A model generated the notes under the pieces. It was not told the origin of the DNA. It ran no database searches and was given only the letters and a program-made list of their open reading frames with translations. 64,000 nucleotides of DNA from an uncultured Gemmatimonadaceae bacterium (lineage in GTDB: Bacteria > Gemmatimonadota > Gemmatimonadetes > Gemmatimonadales > Gemmatimonadaceae), in NCBI GenBank assembly GCA_963817955.1, contig CAWFQK010000002.1, forward strand, positions 768,001-832,000. Reading direction: 5' to 3'. Below, one piece after another: positions 31,466 to 40,900 of the stretch. How positions within the stretch are numbered: the first letter of the stretch is position 1; each line of letters starts with the position of its first letter. Made by a program: the position numbers and the translations under genes.

Positions 31466-32656
31466 GTGCCGCATCTGATTGAAGTCGCCTTCAAAGGCAA
31501 CCGAAAGGATTTCTTCCTCTGGGAGTACGACGAGACGCCCGCTGTGAACGCGGCCGTCATCGTCGAGGCCGACCGAGGAGAAGATCTGGGCATCGTGCAT
31601 GCCGTCGGTGAGCTCGCGCAGAAGCGCAACGCCGGGACGCCGCACGGATACGGCGCGGCGGGCACGACGAAAGTGGCGCGGCGGCTGGCGACGGACGAAG
31701 AGGTGCAGCGCGCGAACGAGTTGCGCGCGCAGGATGAAGATGCTCGCCGGCGCGCCATGGAGCGCGTCAAGGCCAACCACCTCGTCATGAAACTGTCCGA
31801 CGCCGAGTGGCAGCTGGATCGCAAGAAGCTCACGCTGTACTTCACGGCGGAAAAGCGCGTCGACTTTCGCACACTCGTGCGCGAGCTCGCATCGATGTTC
31901 CGGACGCGCATCGAGTTGAAGCAGATCGGTGTGCGCGACGAGGCAAAGCGGCTCGACGGCATCGGGCGGTGCGGACGGCAGTACTGTTCCGCATCCTGGC
32001 TGCCTGAGCTGCGTCCCGTAAACCTCGGCGTAGCCAAGGATCAGCGGTTGTCGCTCAATCCGTCACAGATCTCCGGCGCGTGCGGGCGGCTGATGTGCTG
32101 CCTCCGCTACGAGCACGAGTTCTACGTGCAGGCGAGAAAGCGCTTTCCAAAGGAAGGCAAGATCATTCGCACGAAGCTCGGTGAGGAGAAGGTGATTGCG
32201 AACGACATCTTCCGCGAATGCGTCACGTTACGCGGTGACGATGGCGAAGTTCGTATCATCCGCCTCGAGGAGCTGCGCGCGGAAGCAGATGCGGCGGGCA
32301 TGCCGCTGCCGTTGCCACCGTCCGGCGCCGCACCGGTGAACGCGCCGGAGGAGGACGAAGGCGATCGAGAGGAACGCGGCGAGCTCGAGGAAGCGGTCGA
32401 GGGCGATGAGCGGGACGTTGTCGCCGTCCAGGATCTCGAGTCCGTTTCGACGACGGCAGATCCGGAGTCGCCAGACAACGCGGAAACGGAGCAGGCAACG
32501 GAGCAGGCGGCGGACATAGAAGCGCATGAGCGGCGACCACACCGGCGGCGTGGTCGCCGCGGCGGACGGCGCAATCGTCCCGGCGGCCGAGAAGGTGGAG
32601 AGGCGCCGCAGGACGGCTTGGCACCCGATGGTACATCAGAGGGAGGGGAGGACTAG
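31466..32656 (+). CDS. ricT: PSP1/RicT (YaaT) family Fe-S protein with an acidic, Arg-rich disordered tail
   Basis: RVDFRTLV, RIELKQIGVRDEAK, GRCGRQYC, ISGACGRLMCCLRYE. Confidence 0.88.
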   Translation: MPHLIEVAFKGNRKDFFLWEYDETPAVNAAVIVEADRGEDLGIVHAVGELAQKRNAGTPHGYGAAGTTKVARRLATDEEVQRANELRAQDEDARRRAMERVKANHLVMKLSDAEWQLDRKKLTLYFTAEKRVDFRTLVRELASMFRTRIELKQIGVRDEAKRLDGIGRCGRQYCSASWLPELRPVNLGVAKDQRLSLNPSQISGACGRLMCCLRYEHEFYVQARKRFPKEGKIIRTKLGEEKVIANDIFRECVTLRGDDGEVRIIRLEELRAEADAAGMPLPLPPSGAAPVNAPEEDEGDREERGELEEAVEGDERDVVAVQDLESVSTTADPESPDNAETEQATEQAADIEAHERRPHRRRGRRGGRRNRPGGREGGEAPQDGLAPDGTSEGGED

Positions 32657-34186
32657 GTGGGGAAGTTCTATCTGACGACCGCCATCGATTATGCGAATGG
32701 CGATCCGCACATCGGCCACGCCTACGAAAAGATTGGCGCCGACGCCATAGCGCGATATCGGCGTATGTGTGGCGATGATGTTCGATTCCTGACGGGACTC
32801 GACGAACACGGACAGAAGGTCGCGCAGGCAGCTGCCGAGCGCGGCGTATCGCCGCAGCAGTTCGTGGATCAGATCGCTGGACACTTCGAGTCGATGTGGC
32901 AGCGGTTGTCGATCTCCCACGATCGCTTCATCCGCACCACCGACGCCGACCACAAGGCCGGCGTGAAAGCGCTCATCGAGCGTATCCACGAACGCGCACC
33001 CGACGACTTCTACGAAAAGAGCTACGAGGGTTGGTACTGTGTCGGCTGCGAGTTGTTCAAACGCGACGACGAAGTCGTGGACGGCAAGTGCGTGCTCCAT
33101 CCGACGCGGATGCTCGAGTGGACCACCGAACGCAACTGGTTCTTCAGACTGACGCGGTACGAGCCGTTTCTCCGGGAGCTGTTCGCGAAGCAGCCAGACT
33201 TTCTCGCGCCAGACACGCGCCGCAACGAAATTCTGGGGCTCTTCGATCAGGGGCTCGAGGACATCTCGATCACGCGGTCGCGTCTGTCGTGGGCCATCCC
33301 ATTCCCGCTCGCCCTCTCGACCGGCGAAGTGCAGGGGACATGGGTGTGGTTCGACGCACTGCCGAATTATCTCACGGCCACGGGATTCCCCGCGCCAGGG
33401 TACGACCGCCATTGGCCGGCGCAGTTGCACGTGATCGGCAAGGACATCACGCGTCTCCATACGGTGATCTGGCCGGCAATGCTCCAGGCAGCTGGCCTCG
33501 CCCTTCCAGAACACGTGTGGGCACACGGCTTCGTCCTGCTCGCTGGCGAGCGCTTCAGTAAGTCGGCCGGGGTGCGGCTCGACGTGGACGAAGCAATCGA
33601 TCGCTACGGGAGCGACGCGCTCCGCTATTTCCTTCTGCGCGAGGTCCCCTTCGACGCAGACGGCAGTTTCTCATACGAACGCTTTGACGATCGGTACAAC
33701 TCCGATCTCGCGAACTCGCTCGGAAACCTGGCGAGCCGCGCGATCGCGATGGTCGAGAAATACTGTGACGGAGTGATCCCGGCCGGTGCGCGCGGAGACC
33801 TCGATCGGGCCGACGCTGCAGAGTTGGCCGGATATCACGCCTCACTCGACGGCAGCCGTGGTTACATGCTGCACGAGGGCATCAAACACGTGATGGCGTC
33901 CGTGGCGCGCGGTAACGAATTCGTCCAATCCAGCAAACCTTGGGCGTTGGCGAAGGACCCGGACCAACGCGGGCAGCTCGAGGCGGTGCTGGCAGCGATC
34001 ATGCGCCAGCTCGTCCGCCACGCCATCTACCTCGCGCCGCTCATGCCGAACAAGGCGCAGGAGCTCTGGCAGCAGCTCGGCGGACCCGGCTGCGTTGAGG
34101 ATCAGCGCTTTGGAAACCTGGACGCGCTAAACATTACCGGTTGGCACGTGGCGAAAGGGGCGTCGTTGTTTCCGAAGATGGCGTAG
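32657..34186 (+). CDS. metG: Methionine--tRNA ligase, short form without the C-terminal tRNA-binding domain
   Basis: PHIGH, DEHGQK, WFDALPNY, IGKDI; KMSKS appears as RFSKS. Confidence 0.95.
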   Translation: MGKFYLTTAIDYANGDPHIGHAYEKIGADAIARYRRMCGDDVRFLTGLDEHGQKVAQAAAERGVSPQQFVDQIAGHFESMWQRLSISHDRFIRTTDADHKAGVKALIERIHERAPDDFYEKSYEGWYCVGCELFKRDDEVVDGKCVLHPTRMLEWTTERNWFFRLTRYEPFLRELFAKQPDFLAPDTRRNEILGLFDQGLEDISITRSRLSWAIPFPLALSTGEVQGTWVWFDALPNYLTATGFPAPGYDRHWPAQLHVIGKDITRLHTVIWPAMLQAAGLALPEHVWAHGFVLLAGERFSKSAGVRLDVDEAIDRYGSDALRYFLLREVPFDADGSFSYERFDDRYNSDLANSLGNLASRAIAMVEKYCDGVIPAGARGDLDRADAAELAGYHASLDGSRGYMLHEGIKHVMASVARGNEFVQSSKPWALAKDPDQRGQLEAVLAAIMRQLVRHAIYLAPLMPNKAQELWQQLGGPGCVEDQRFGNLDALNITGWHVAKGASLFPKMA

Positions 34187-34282
34187 GGGGACACGGGACA
34201 CGAGATGACAAAGGCACACCAGACTAAGTCCGGTGTGCCTTTGCAGTTGTCCCGTGTCCCGTGTCTCGTGTCCCGTGTCTCT
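34187..34282. repeat. Hairpin flanked by inverted GGGACAC arrays between convergent metG and lemA
   Basis: Stem caaaggcacacc...ggtgtgcctttg; gggacac units on the left, gtgtccc units on the right. Confidence 0.85.
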
Positions 34283-34858
34283 CTACGGCTTCGCCGGCGC
34301 CGGCTTTGAGAAGTCCACAGGTGGCGGCCCTTGCTCCGCCGAAGCACTCGCCGTGAAATACTTCCGCGGCTTCGCCCCGGTCACCTTCGCGGTAATCACC
34401 GCCGGAAATTGCCGGATGTACGCGTTATAGGCGTTCACTGCCTGATTGTAGTCCACACGCGAAACGGCAATGCGGTTCTCCGTGCCGGTCAGCTCGTCCT
34501 GGAGGCGCAGAAAGCTCTGATCCGCCTTGAGTTGCGGATAGGCCTCGACGGTCACCATCAGCCGTCCGAGTGTGGACGTGAGCTGCGCGTTCGCATTCGC
34601 CATCTGCTCGGCGTCGTGCGATTGAATGGCGCCGACCAGCCCGGAACGTGCCTGTGCCACCTGTGTGAAGACAGCCTCTTCATGCTGCGCGTATCCCTTC
34701 ACCGTATTCACGAGATTGGGGATGAGGTCCGCGCGGCGCTGAAGCTGGACTTCGATCTGACTCTGCGCCGTGGCAGCCTGCTCGTCGAGCGACTGAATGC
34801 GGTTGTAGCCGCAGGCGCCGAGCGGGAGCAAAAGCAGAAGTGCGAGCCAGCGTTTCAT
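34283..34858 (-). CDS. LemA family lipoprotein
   Basis: LGACGYN, QRRADLIPNLV, EAYPQLKA, GTENRIAVSR. Confidence 0.93.
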   Translation of the reverse strand: MKRWLALLLLLPLGACGYNRIQSLDEQAATAQSQIEVQLQRRADLIPNLVNTVKGYAQHEEAVFTQVAQARSGLVGAIQSHDAEQMANANAQLTSTLGRLMVTVEAYPQLKADQSFLRLQDELTGTENRIAVSRVDYNQAVNAYNAYIRQFPAVITAKVTGAKPRKYFTASASAEQGPPPVDFSKPAPAKP

Positions 34859-34904
34859 GGTTCACTCCGAGAAAAAGACGGTGGATGTTCAGACTGAGGA
34901 GAGA

Positions 34905-35627
34905 TTACGCGTCGACGGCGTCGAAAGTGTCGATGTGCGATACGAGTTGCTCCATACCACGCAGATAGCCGGAGAGCACCGGCGGGGCATCGGATGATTT
35001 CAGCGCCGGCTCACCGCGCACGTGCTGCAGCACGCGGGAAAAGGGTGCCGAATCAAAACCAACGATCTTCGCGGCAGCGTCAATGAGCGCCATGTTGTCG
35101 GTCGGCGCCTGCGTGCCGTGGAGGCGCAGGAACGCACGAAGGATGATCATGATGCTGCCTGCGCTCGCGGCGAGCAGTTCTGCTTGGCGCTGTCCGTCGT
35201 TGCCGGCGGCCAGGATGCCCTGTCGCAGCTTGAGCAGCTTGCCCATTGCTTCCTGCTCGACCTGCAGGCGCAGATTCTTCCGTTCAACCTGAATGCCTTC
35301 GAACGGCGGATCGCCATACAGCACGCGATGGCGTTCGAGGATATCGGCGTACTCCATGGGGAAGATGTCCGATGAGCCACGCCACTCGCTCAGAGTCATG
35401 GTGAGCGGCGCGGGATTTCCCGCCTCGAGCCAGGCGCGCGACGTCGCGGACGCGCCAGCGAGGCGTGCCGCGTCCAGCGCATCGACGATCACCAGCACGT
35501 TGTAGTCGGAGTGCTTGTGGTGGTGAGTACCACGCGCCGCCGAACCGTACAGGACCACCGATCGCAGCGCCGTGCCGTAGGCGGCGCGCAACTGCGAAAC
35601 GAGTTCTTCGAGTGTCATGCGTGCCAT
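34905..35627 (-). CDS. Nucleotidyltransferase-domain protein
   Basis: VVLYGSAARG...SDYNVLVIV, DIFPMEY. Confidence 0.75.
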   Translation of the reverse strand: MARMTLEELVSQLRAAYGTALRSVVLYGSAARGTHHHKHSDYNVLVIVDALDAARLAGASATSRAWLEAGNPAPLTMTLSEWRGSSDIFPMEYADILERHRVLYGDPPFEGIQVERKNLRLQVEQEAMGKLLKLRQGILAAGNDGQRQAELLAASAGSIMIILRAFLRLHGTQAPTDNMALIDAAAKIVGFDSAPFSRVLQHVRGEPALKSSDAPPVLSGYLRGMEQLVSHIDTFDAVDA

Positions 35628-35630
35628 AGG

Positions 35631-36461
35631 TCACCAAGATCCGCTGGAGCCACCACCACCGAAACCGCCGCCACCGCCAAAGCCACCGAACCCTCCTCCA
35701 CCACCGAACCCGCCGCCACCACCAAAGCCGCCGCCCCCCCAACCTCCCCCGCGACCGCCGCCCATCCCTCCGAGAAATGGAATGAACAGCGGGAAGCACC
35801 CACTCCGACCACGACCTCTGCCGAGCGCCGACAACACCACGAAGAGCAGAATGATCAGAAGGGACGGCGGAATGCCGCCCCTTCCCCCTCGGCGACTTGG
35901 CGGTTGTGCCGCGGGTTGCTCGAAGGTGCTGTCGATGGCGAAATGGAATTCGTTCGCGAACCGTTCCGCCACGCGCAACGTCATCAGTTCGATGCCGTCG
36001 CCATAATCCTTCTGCTGGAAATACGGAACGGCCTCGTCGCGGATGGCGCCGGTGGTCGCATCGGTGATGAAGCCTTCCGCGCCGTACCCGGTCTCGATCC
36101 GAACCCAGCCACGTCCATCCTTGCTCGTTTCCTTGGGAACGACAAGGATGATTACGCCGGTGTTACGTGCGGGATCGCCCGGCTTGCCCGCCTGCCCCAC
36201 TTTCCAACTCCGGCCGATGTTCAGGCTGACTTCTTCGATCGGACGGCCGCCAAGATCGGCGAGCGTGACGACGACGATCTCACCGCCGGACTTGGCGCGG
36301 ACATCGTCGATGATGCGTTGGATGGTCGCCGCATTCCCGGCGGGAATGATGTGCGCGAAATCGTTGACGTATCCCTGCGGCTCGGGAATCTGGAGCCCCT
36401 GGGGCGGGGGGACGAACGAGAGCAGCGCGGATGTCAGGAGCGCGAACGCTCGAAGGGGCAC
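35631..36461 (-). CDS. TPM domain protein with a Gly-rich C-terminus
   Basis: GYVNDFA, RIETGYGAEG, C-terminal FGGGGSSGSW. Confidence 0.9.
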   Translation of the reverse strand: MPLRAFALLTSALLSFVPPPQGLQIPEPQGYVNDFAHIIPAGNAATIQRIIDDVRAKSGGEIVVVTLADLGGRPIEEVSLNIGRSWKVGQAGKPGDPARNTGVIILVVPKETSKDGRGWVRIETGYGAEGFITDATTGAIRDEAVPYFQQKDYGDGIELMTLRVAERFANEFHFAIDSTFEQPAAQPPSRRGGRGGIPPSLLIILLFVVLSALGRGRGRSGCFPLFIPFLGGMGGGRGGGWGGGGFGGGGGFGGGGGFGGFGGGGGFGGGGSSGSW

Positions 36462-36703
36462 GTGCCTTCCGGAAAAGGATGCCCGGCCGCTCGTGGCAAT
36501 GTGGCCGGCTGTTGCACAACGCTATCGTACAATGGTTAACAACGGAAGCGTTGGCCCGCGGGATTCAGACGGTGCAGGACCGCCCCCATGGTTGCGCAGT
36601 GTGGCAACAGACTGGGCTGCAAGAGGTATGCCCTGTGCGACCGCACGAAATTCACGTAGTTTACCTCGACGGCCTCACTCCTTTCGCCGACCGCCTCCCC
36701 ACT

Positions 36704-37414
36704 ATGCGACCCACTGTTATCCCCTCACTGCTGGCGATGTCGCTCATCGTCGCTTGCGCCCGCCCGGATACGGCGAAACCCGCCTCGCAGCCGCCCGCCG
36801 CCACCGCATCGGCCAACGGCGCGCTCGGCACGGCCATCGCTGGCCGCGACAGCATCAGCGATCGCGCCGACGCCGGCCGCATTCTCGGCTCGCCAAACGC
36901 GCCGGTATGGGTGATCATGGCGAGTGATTTCCAGTGCCCGTTCTGCAAGCAGTGGCATGATGCGACGTTCCCGCAGATCATGCAGAACTACGTCACCAAG
37001 GGACGCGTGCGTCTCGCGTATGTCAACTTCCCGCTCCGAATGCATCAGAATTCGATGCCGGCCTCGGAAGCAGCGATGTGCGCGTCGGTGCAAAACAAGT
37101 TCTGGCAAATGCACGACGCGTTGTTCAACACCCAGGAGAAGTGGGAATCGCTGCCGAATGCGACTGCGTTTTTCGACTCGCTCGCCATCGCCGCCGGCGT
37201 GAACGCGCCGCTGTACCGCGAATGCATCAGCCAGCATTTGACGGCGCCACTCATTCAGGCGGATCGTGACCGCTGGGCGGCGCGTGGAGTCAGGTCCACA
37301 CCGACATTCTTCATTGGCGACACGATGATCGAGGGCGCGCAGCCGTACGCCGATTTCCAGAAAGCCATCGACGCCGCGCTGGCGAAGGCTGCCGCGAAGA
37401 AGCCGGCGGGCTGA
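36704..37414 (+). CDS. DsbA-family thioredoxin lipoprotein
   Basis: Lipobox IVAC; SDFQCPFC; cis-Pro motif GVRSTPTF. Confidence 0.9.
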   Translation: MRPTVIPSLLAMSLIVACARPDTAKPASQPPAATASANGALGTAIAGRDSISDRADAGRILGSPNAPVWVIMASDFQCPFCKQWHDATFPQIMQNYVTKGRVRLAYVNFPLRMHQNSMPASEAAMCASVQNKFWQMHDALFNTQEKWESLPNATAFFDSLAIAAGVNAPLYRECISQHLTAPLIQADRDRWAARGVRSTPTFFIGDTMIEGAQPYADFQKAIDAALAKAAAKKPAG

Positions 37415-38701
37415 GTGCCGTTGCGTTTCCCCGTGCAATTGGGCTACGGCGCGCTGGGGCAGCTCGCGCGGGGCGCAGCGGCCGTCGTACCGGAGAGTGA
37501 ATCGAAGTTGTTGCGCACGTTGCGGGCGCGCCGCGGCATTCGCGAGCGCTTCCGCTCGTGGGGCGCGTCGGAGCGCGACCACAGGCACTCGCTGCTGTGG
37601 ATGCACGCACCATCCGTGGGCGAAGGCCTGCAGGCACGTCCCGTGCTCGAGCTCGCGCGCCTGCGCCGGCCAGACCTGCAGCTCGCGTACACGCATTACT
37701 CGCCAAGTGCCGTGTCGTTCGCACAGAACCTCGACGTTGATTTTCGCGACTATCTGCCGTTCGACACCCCGGGCGATTCACGCATCGCGCTCGAAGCGCT
37801 GGCGCCCACGGCGCTCGTCTTCGCCAAGCTCGATGTGTGGCCGGTCCTGACGCGTGAGGCAAGCGCCCGCGGCGTACGCCTCGGATTGATCAGTGCGACG
37901 TTGTCACGGGGGAGCTCCCGGCGCTCGCGCGCCGCGTCGTCGCTGCTCCGCGGCGCCTATGCCGCGCTCGAGGCGGTGGGAGCCGTCGATGAGGCCGACG
38001 CGGATCGCCTGGTGCAACTGGGCGTTCGCTCACAGGTCATTGTCGTTACCGGGGACACACGATACGATCAGGTCTGGCTTCGCGCTCAGCGCGTCGATCG
38101 GGCCAGCCCGATGCTCGAGCGCCTGCGCGCCCTGCGCCCGACACTTGTCGCCGGATCGACCTGGCCGACGGACGAGGCGGTGCTCCTCCCGGCGTTCGAT
38201 GCATTGCGCCAATATGCGCCGACGGCTCGCCTGATCATTGCCCCACACGAACCGTCTGCGGAGCGCGCGGCGCAACTCGTGGCGTGGGCACGCCACACGA
38301 ACCTGGTGGCGACCTGTCTCGACGACGCTGGTGCACCGCACGCCGACGTCGTGATCGTCGATCGCCTGGGCGTATTGGGCGACCTCTACGCGCTCGCCGA
38401 CGTGGCGTTCGTCGGTGGAGGCTTTCATACCGCGGGATTGCACTCCGTCCTCGAGCCGGCCGCCTTCGGCACGCCGGTGCTCTTCGGCCCACTGAACGAG
38501 AACAGCCGAGATGCCGCGCTCCTTGGACAGCGCGGCGGAGCGGCGGTGAGCAATGCGGACGACTTGCTCAAGCGCCTGCGGACCTGGATGACCGACGCCG
38601 ATGAACGCCGCGAGGCAGGTGACTACGCCCGCGCACTGGTGCGCAGCGGACTCGGCGCGGCAGATCGCTCGTTCGCGCTCGTCGAACGCCTGCTGCACTG
38701 A
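37415..38701 (+). CDS. waaA: 3-deoxy-D-manno-octulosonic acid transferase
   Basis: WMHAPSVGE, YLPFD, GDTRYD, AGSTW, IIAPHE, FVGGGF, LEPAAFG. Confidence 0.88.
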   Translation: MPLRFPVQLGYGALGQLARGAAAVVPESESKLLRTLRARRGIRERFRSWGASERDHRHSLLWMHAPSVGEGLQARPVLELARLRRPDLQLAYTHYSPSAVSFAQNLDVDFRDYLPFDTPGDSRIALEALAPTALVFAKLDVWPVLTREASARGVRLGLISATLSRGSSRRSRAASSLLRGAYAALEAVGAVDEADADRLVQLGVRSQVIVVTGDTRYDQVWLRAQRVDRASPMLERLRALRPTLVAGSTWPTDEAVLLPAFDALRQYAPTARLIIAPHEPSAERAAQLVAWARHTNLVATCLDDAGAPHADVVIVDRLGVLGDLYALADVAFVGGGFHTAGLHSVLEPAAFGTPVLFGPLNENSRDAALLGQRGGAAVSNADDLLKRLRTWMTDADERREAGDYARALVRSGLGAADRSFALVERLLH

Positions 38702-38702
38702 C

Positions 38703-39220
38703 GCGAAGGCCTGGCATCCTGGATGCCTGTCATCCTGAGCGCAGCGAAGGATCTCTGTGACCGATAGAACAGCTTTTGAACGCAGAGGTCGCAGAGAAAC
38801 TGCAGGAGAACTGCAGGAGAACTGCAAAAGAATACTGCAAAAGAGAACTGGAACAAAGGAAACTGCAAAGAGAGAACTGTAAGCGTACGGAAGAGGGAAG
38901 CGCGTATTGGTGGAATGAACTGTGGATGCCGAGCCCACACTCATTCCGCTTATATCGTTACTGATTCCGATCTGGGCGATACCATCGGAGCGTCACGACG
39001 GCATCAGCCAAGACATCCAGGCGAGACAATCATTCATGGTCCTCTGTAGTTCTCTTGCAGTTCTCTGCAGTTCTCCTGCAGTTTCTCTGCGACCTCTGCG
39101 TTCAAAAGCTGTTCTATCGGTCACAGAGATCCTTCGCTGCGCTCAGGATGACAGGCTTTCGCTCAGGATGACAGGCTTTCGCCCAGGATGACAGCTGCGC
39201 TCAGGATGACAGGCCTTCGC
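38703..39220. mobile_element. Non-autonomous fold-back (MITE-like) element, copy 1
   Basis: Perfect 92-bp inverted repeat 38725-38816 / 39065-39156; internal AGAACTGCA tandem units; 150-nt core 38893-39042; extra tandem half-REPs at 39157-39220. Confidence 0.75.
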
Positions 39221-39237
39221 TGTAGTTCAACCGTCTG

Positions 39238-40881
39238 TTAGCGGGTGACCGCCTCGGGCGTTGCCGGGAGCGGCAGGTGCAACGGCCTGTGGAGGAAGAA
39301 GCCCTGGACGAGGTGCACGCCAAGCGCCTTCACGGCCTCGAACTCCTCCGAGCGCTCGACGCCCTCGGCAATGACCTTGGCGCCATGATCGTTCGCGAAC
39401 CTCACCATCGTCTGCACGAGATTCTGTTTGATGAAATTCGTGTCGATGGCGTTGATGAGCGAGATATCGAGCTTGATGAAGTCCGGCTCCAGATTGGCAA
39501 TCGACCCCAGGCCGGCGTAGCCGCTGCCCGCGTCGTCCACGGCGAACCGAAAACCGCGCTCGCGGAAGATCATCAGCCGCTCGCGGAATTTGGGATAATC
39601 CTTGATCGCCGTCCGTTCGGTAATCTCGATGACGACGCGCTCGGGCTGCTTCACTTCATCTTCGTTGAACGCCGGATCACTGAAGTCGTGCGGGTCGACG
39701 TTCAGAAAGAGCAGCTCGTTCGGGCGCAATCGCGTGTCCATGCCTTCGATCGCGCGGGCGCGGCACAACCGGCTCAACTCCCATACGAGATCCGCCTCGG
39801 CCGCAACGTCAAACATTACTTCGGGACTGCGCAGACTGCGCATGACGCCGCGCGCCAGCGCTTCGTACCCGAAGATCTCGCGCGTTTCCGTGACGACGAT
39901 CGGGTGATAGTCCACGTACACGCCGCGATCGCGCAGACTGGAGCGCAAGTCCGCCACCCGCCGCGCACGCTCGCGCTCTTCGATCGATCGTGACGCGTTG
40001 GCTGCTTCGCGAATGCCGCGATAGATGAGACGTTCGACGCGGATCTTGGGATTGTAGTAGACGTGCGCCCGCCCCACGTAGATATCGAACAATGCGGCGA
40101 TGTCTTCGCCGTGCTGCGCCTCGATGCGCCCGCCCACATGTCGCTGCAGACGCGCCACCATTTCGGTGATCTCACTCTCCGTGGCGGCGGCCACGCCGGC
40201 CGCCGGCACGTGGAAGAAGATGAAATCGTCGTCGTTGGTGAAGCTCACCATGACCCGCGACGTGCTCAGTGCCGTATCGTCGAGAAACTCGCGCACCGCT
40301 GCCGCAGTCGTCTCGAGCACGGCGTCCAACTTTTCCCACCCGTAGATCTCCTCGATCTTCGAGTACCGCACGAAGTTCAGATAGAGCACGACGAGCTCGC
40401 CGCGCTCTTTGAACAGGTTCCGCGAACGCTCGATCATCACGGGCAGCGTCGGCAGACCGGTGAGCGAATCGTGGAGCATCTGCTCGTACTCCACACGGTC
40501 CACGTGATCGGCGGTCACTGGGGTCTGTGCCGGCGGTTGTCCGCGCCCGACCGCCGCGCGCACGCGTTGCGCGATCTCATCGCCCTCAGCGGGACACCGG
40601 TACCATTCCTCCGCTCTGAGCTCCACGGCACGGCGCCGCACGGTGTCGTCGGCGCATCCGACGATCACGGGAGTGCCACAGGCGTGCGCCCGCTCGATGA
40701 CGTCTCGCAGCAGCGACGGATCATCCGAAACGACGAGAACCGCACGCACACCGGCGCGAGTGCCGGTCACGTGCGCCAGATCGGCCGGGGCGACACGCTC
40801 AAGGCGCCATCCCTCCAGCTGTGCCATTGCTTCGTCGATCCCGGGCTGATCGGAATCCGTGAGCAGAATGGTCTCGCTCAC
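39238..40881 (-). CDS. EAL-domain c-di-GMP phosphodiesterase with receiver-like and degenerate GGDEF domains
   Basis: YEALAR, LNV, IEITE, DDAGSGY, IKLD, AEGVE, VQGF; HDSLTGLP, with NDDDF in place of GGDEF. Confidence 0.85.
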   Translation of the reverse strand: MSETILLTDSDQPGIDEAMAQLEGWRLERVAPADLAHVTGTRAGVRAVLVVSDDPSLLRDVIERAHACGTPVIVGCADDTVRRRAVELRAEEWYRCPAEGDEIAQRVRAAVGRGQPPAQTPVTADHVDRVEYEQMLHDSLTGLPTLPVMIERSRNLFKERGELVVLYLNFVRYSKIEEIYGWEKLDAVLETTAAAVREFLDDTALSTSRVMVSFTNDDDFIFFHVPAAGVAAATESEITEMVARLQRHVGGRIEAQHGEDIAALFDIYVGRAHVYYNPKIRVERLIYRGIREAANASRSIEERERARRVADLRSSLRDRGVYVDYHPIVVTETREIFGYEALARGVMRSLRSPEVMFDVAAEADLVWELSRLCRARAIEGMDTRLRPNELLFLNVDPHDFSDPAFNEDEVKQPERVVIEITERTAIKDYPKFRERLMIFRERGFRFAVDDAGSGYAGLGSIANLEPDFIKLDISLINAIDTNFIKQNLVQTMVRFANDHGAKVIAEGVERSEEFEAVKALGVHLVQGFFLHRPLHLPLPATPEAVTR

Positions 40882-40900
40882 GCGAATCTCACTGGCGGGG

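Noticed and set aside
35640..35765. Low-complexity CCACCG repeats
   Set aside because: Explained by the Gly-rich C-terminus typical of TPM domain proteins
38922..39191. Small protein shared by the two fold-back cores (WAIPSERH frame)
   Set aside because: By manual codon comparison about 12 changed codons are non-synonymous and 4 synonymous, there is no good RBS, and the ORF runs into repeat sequence
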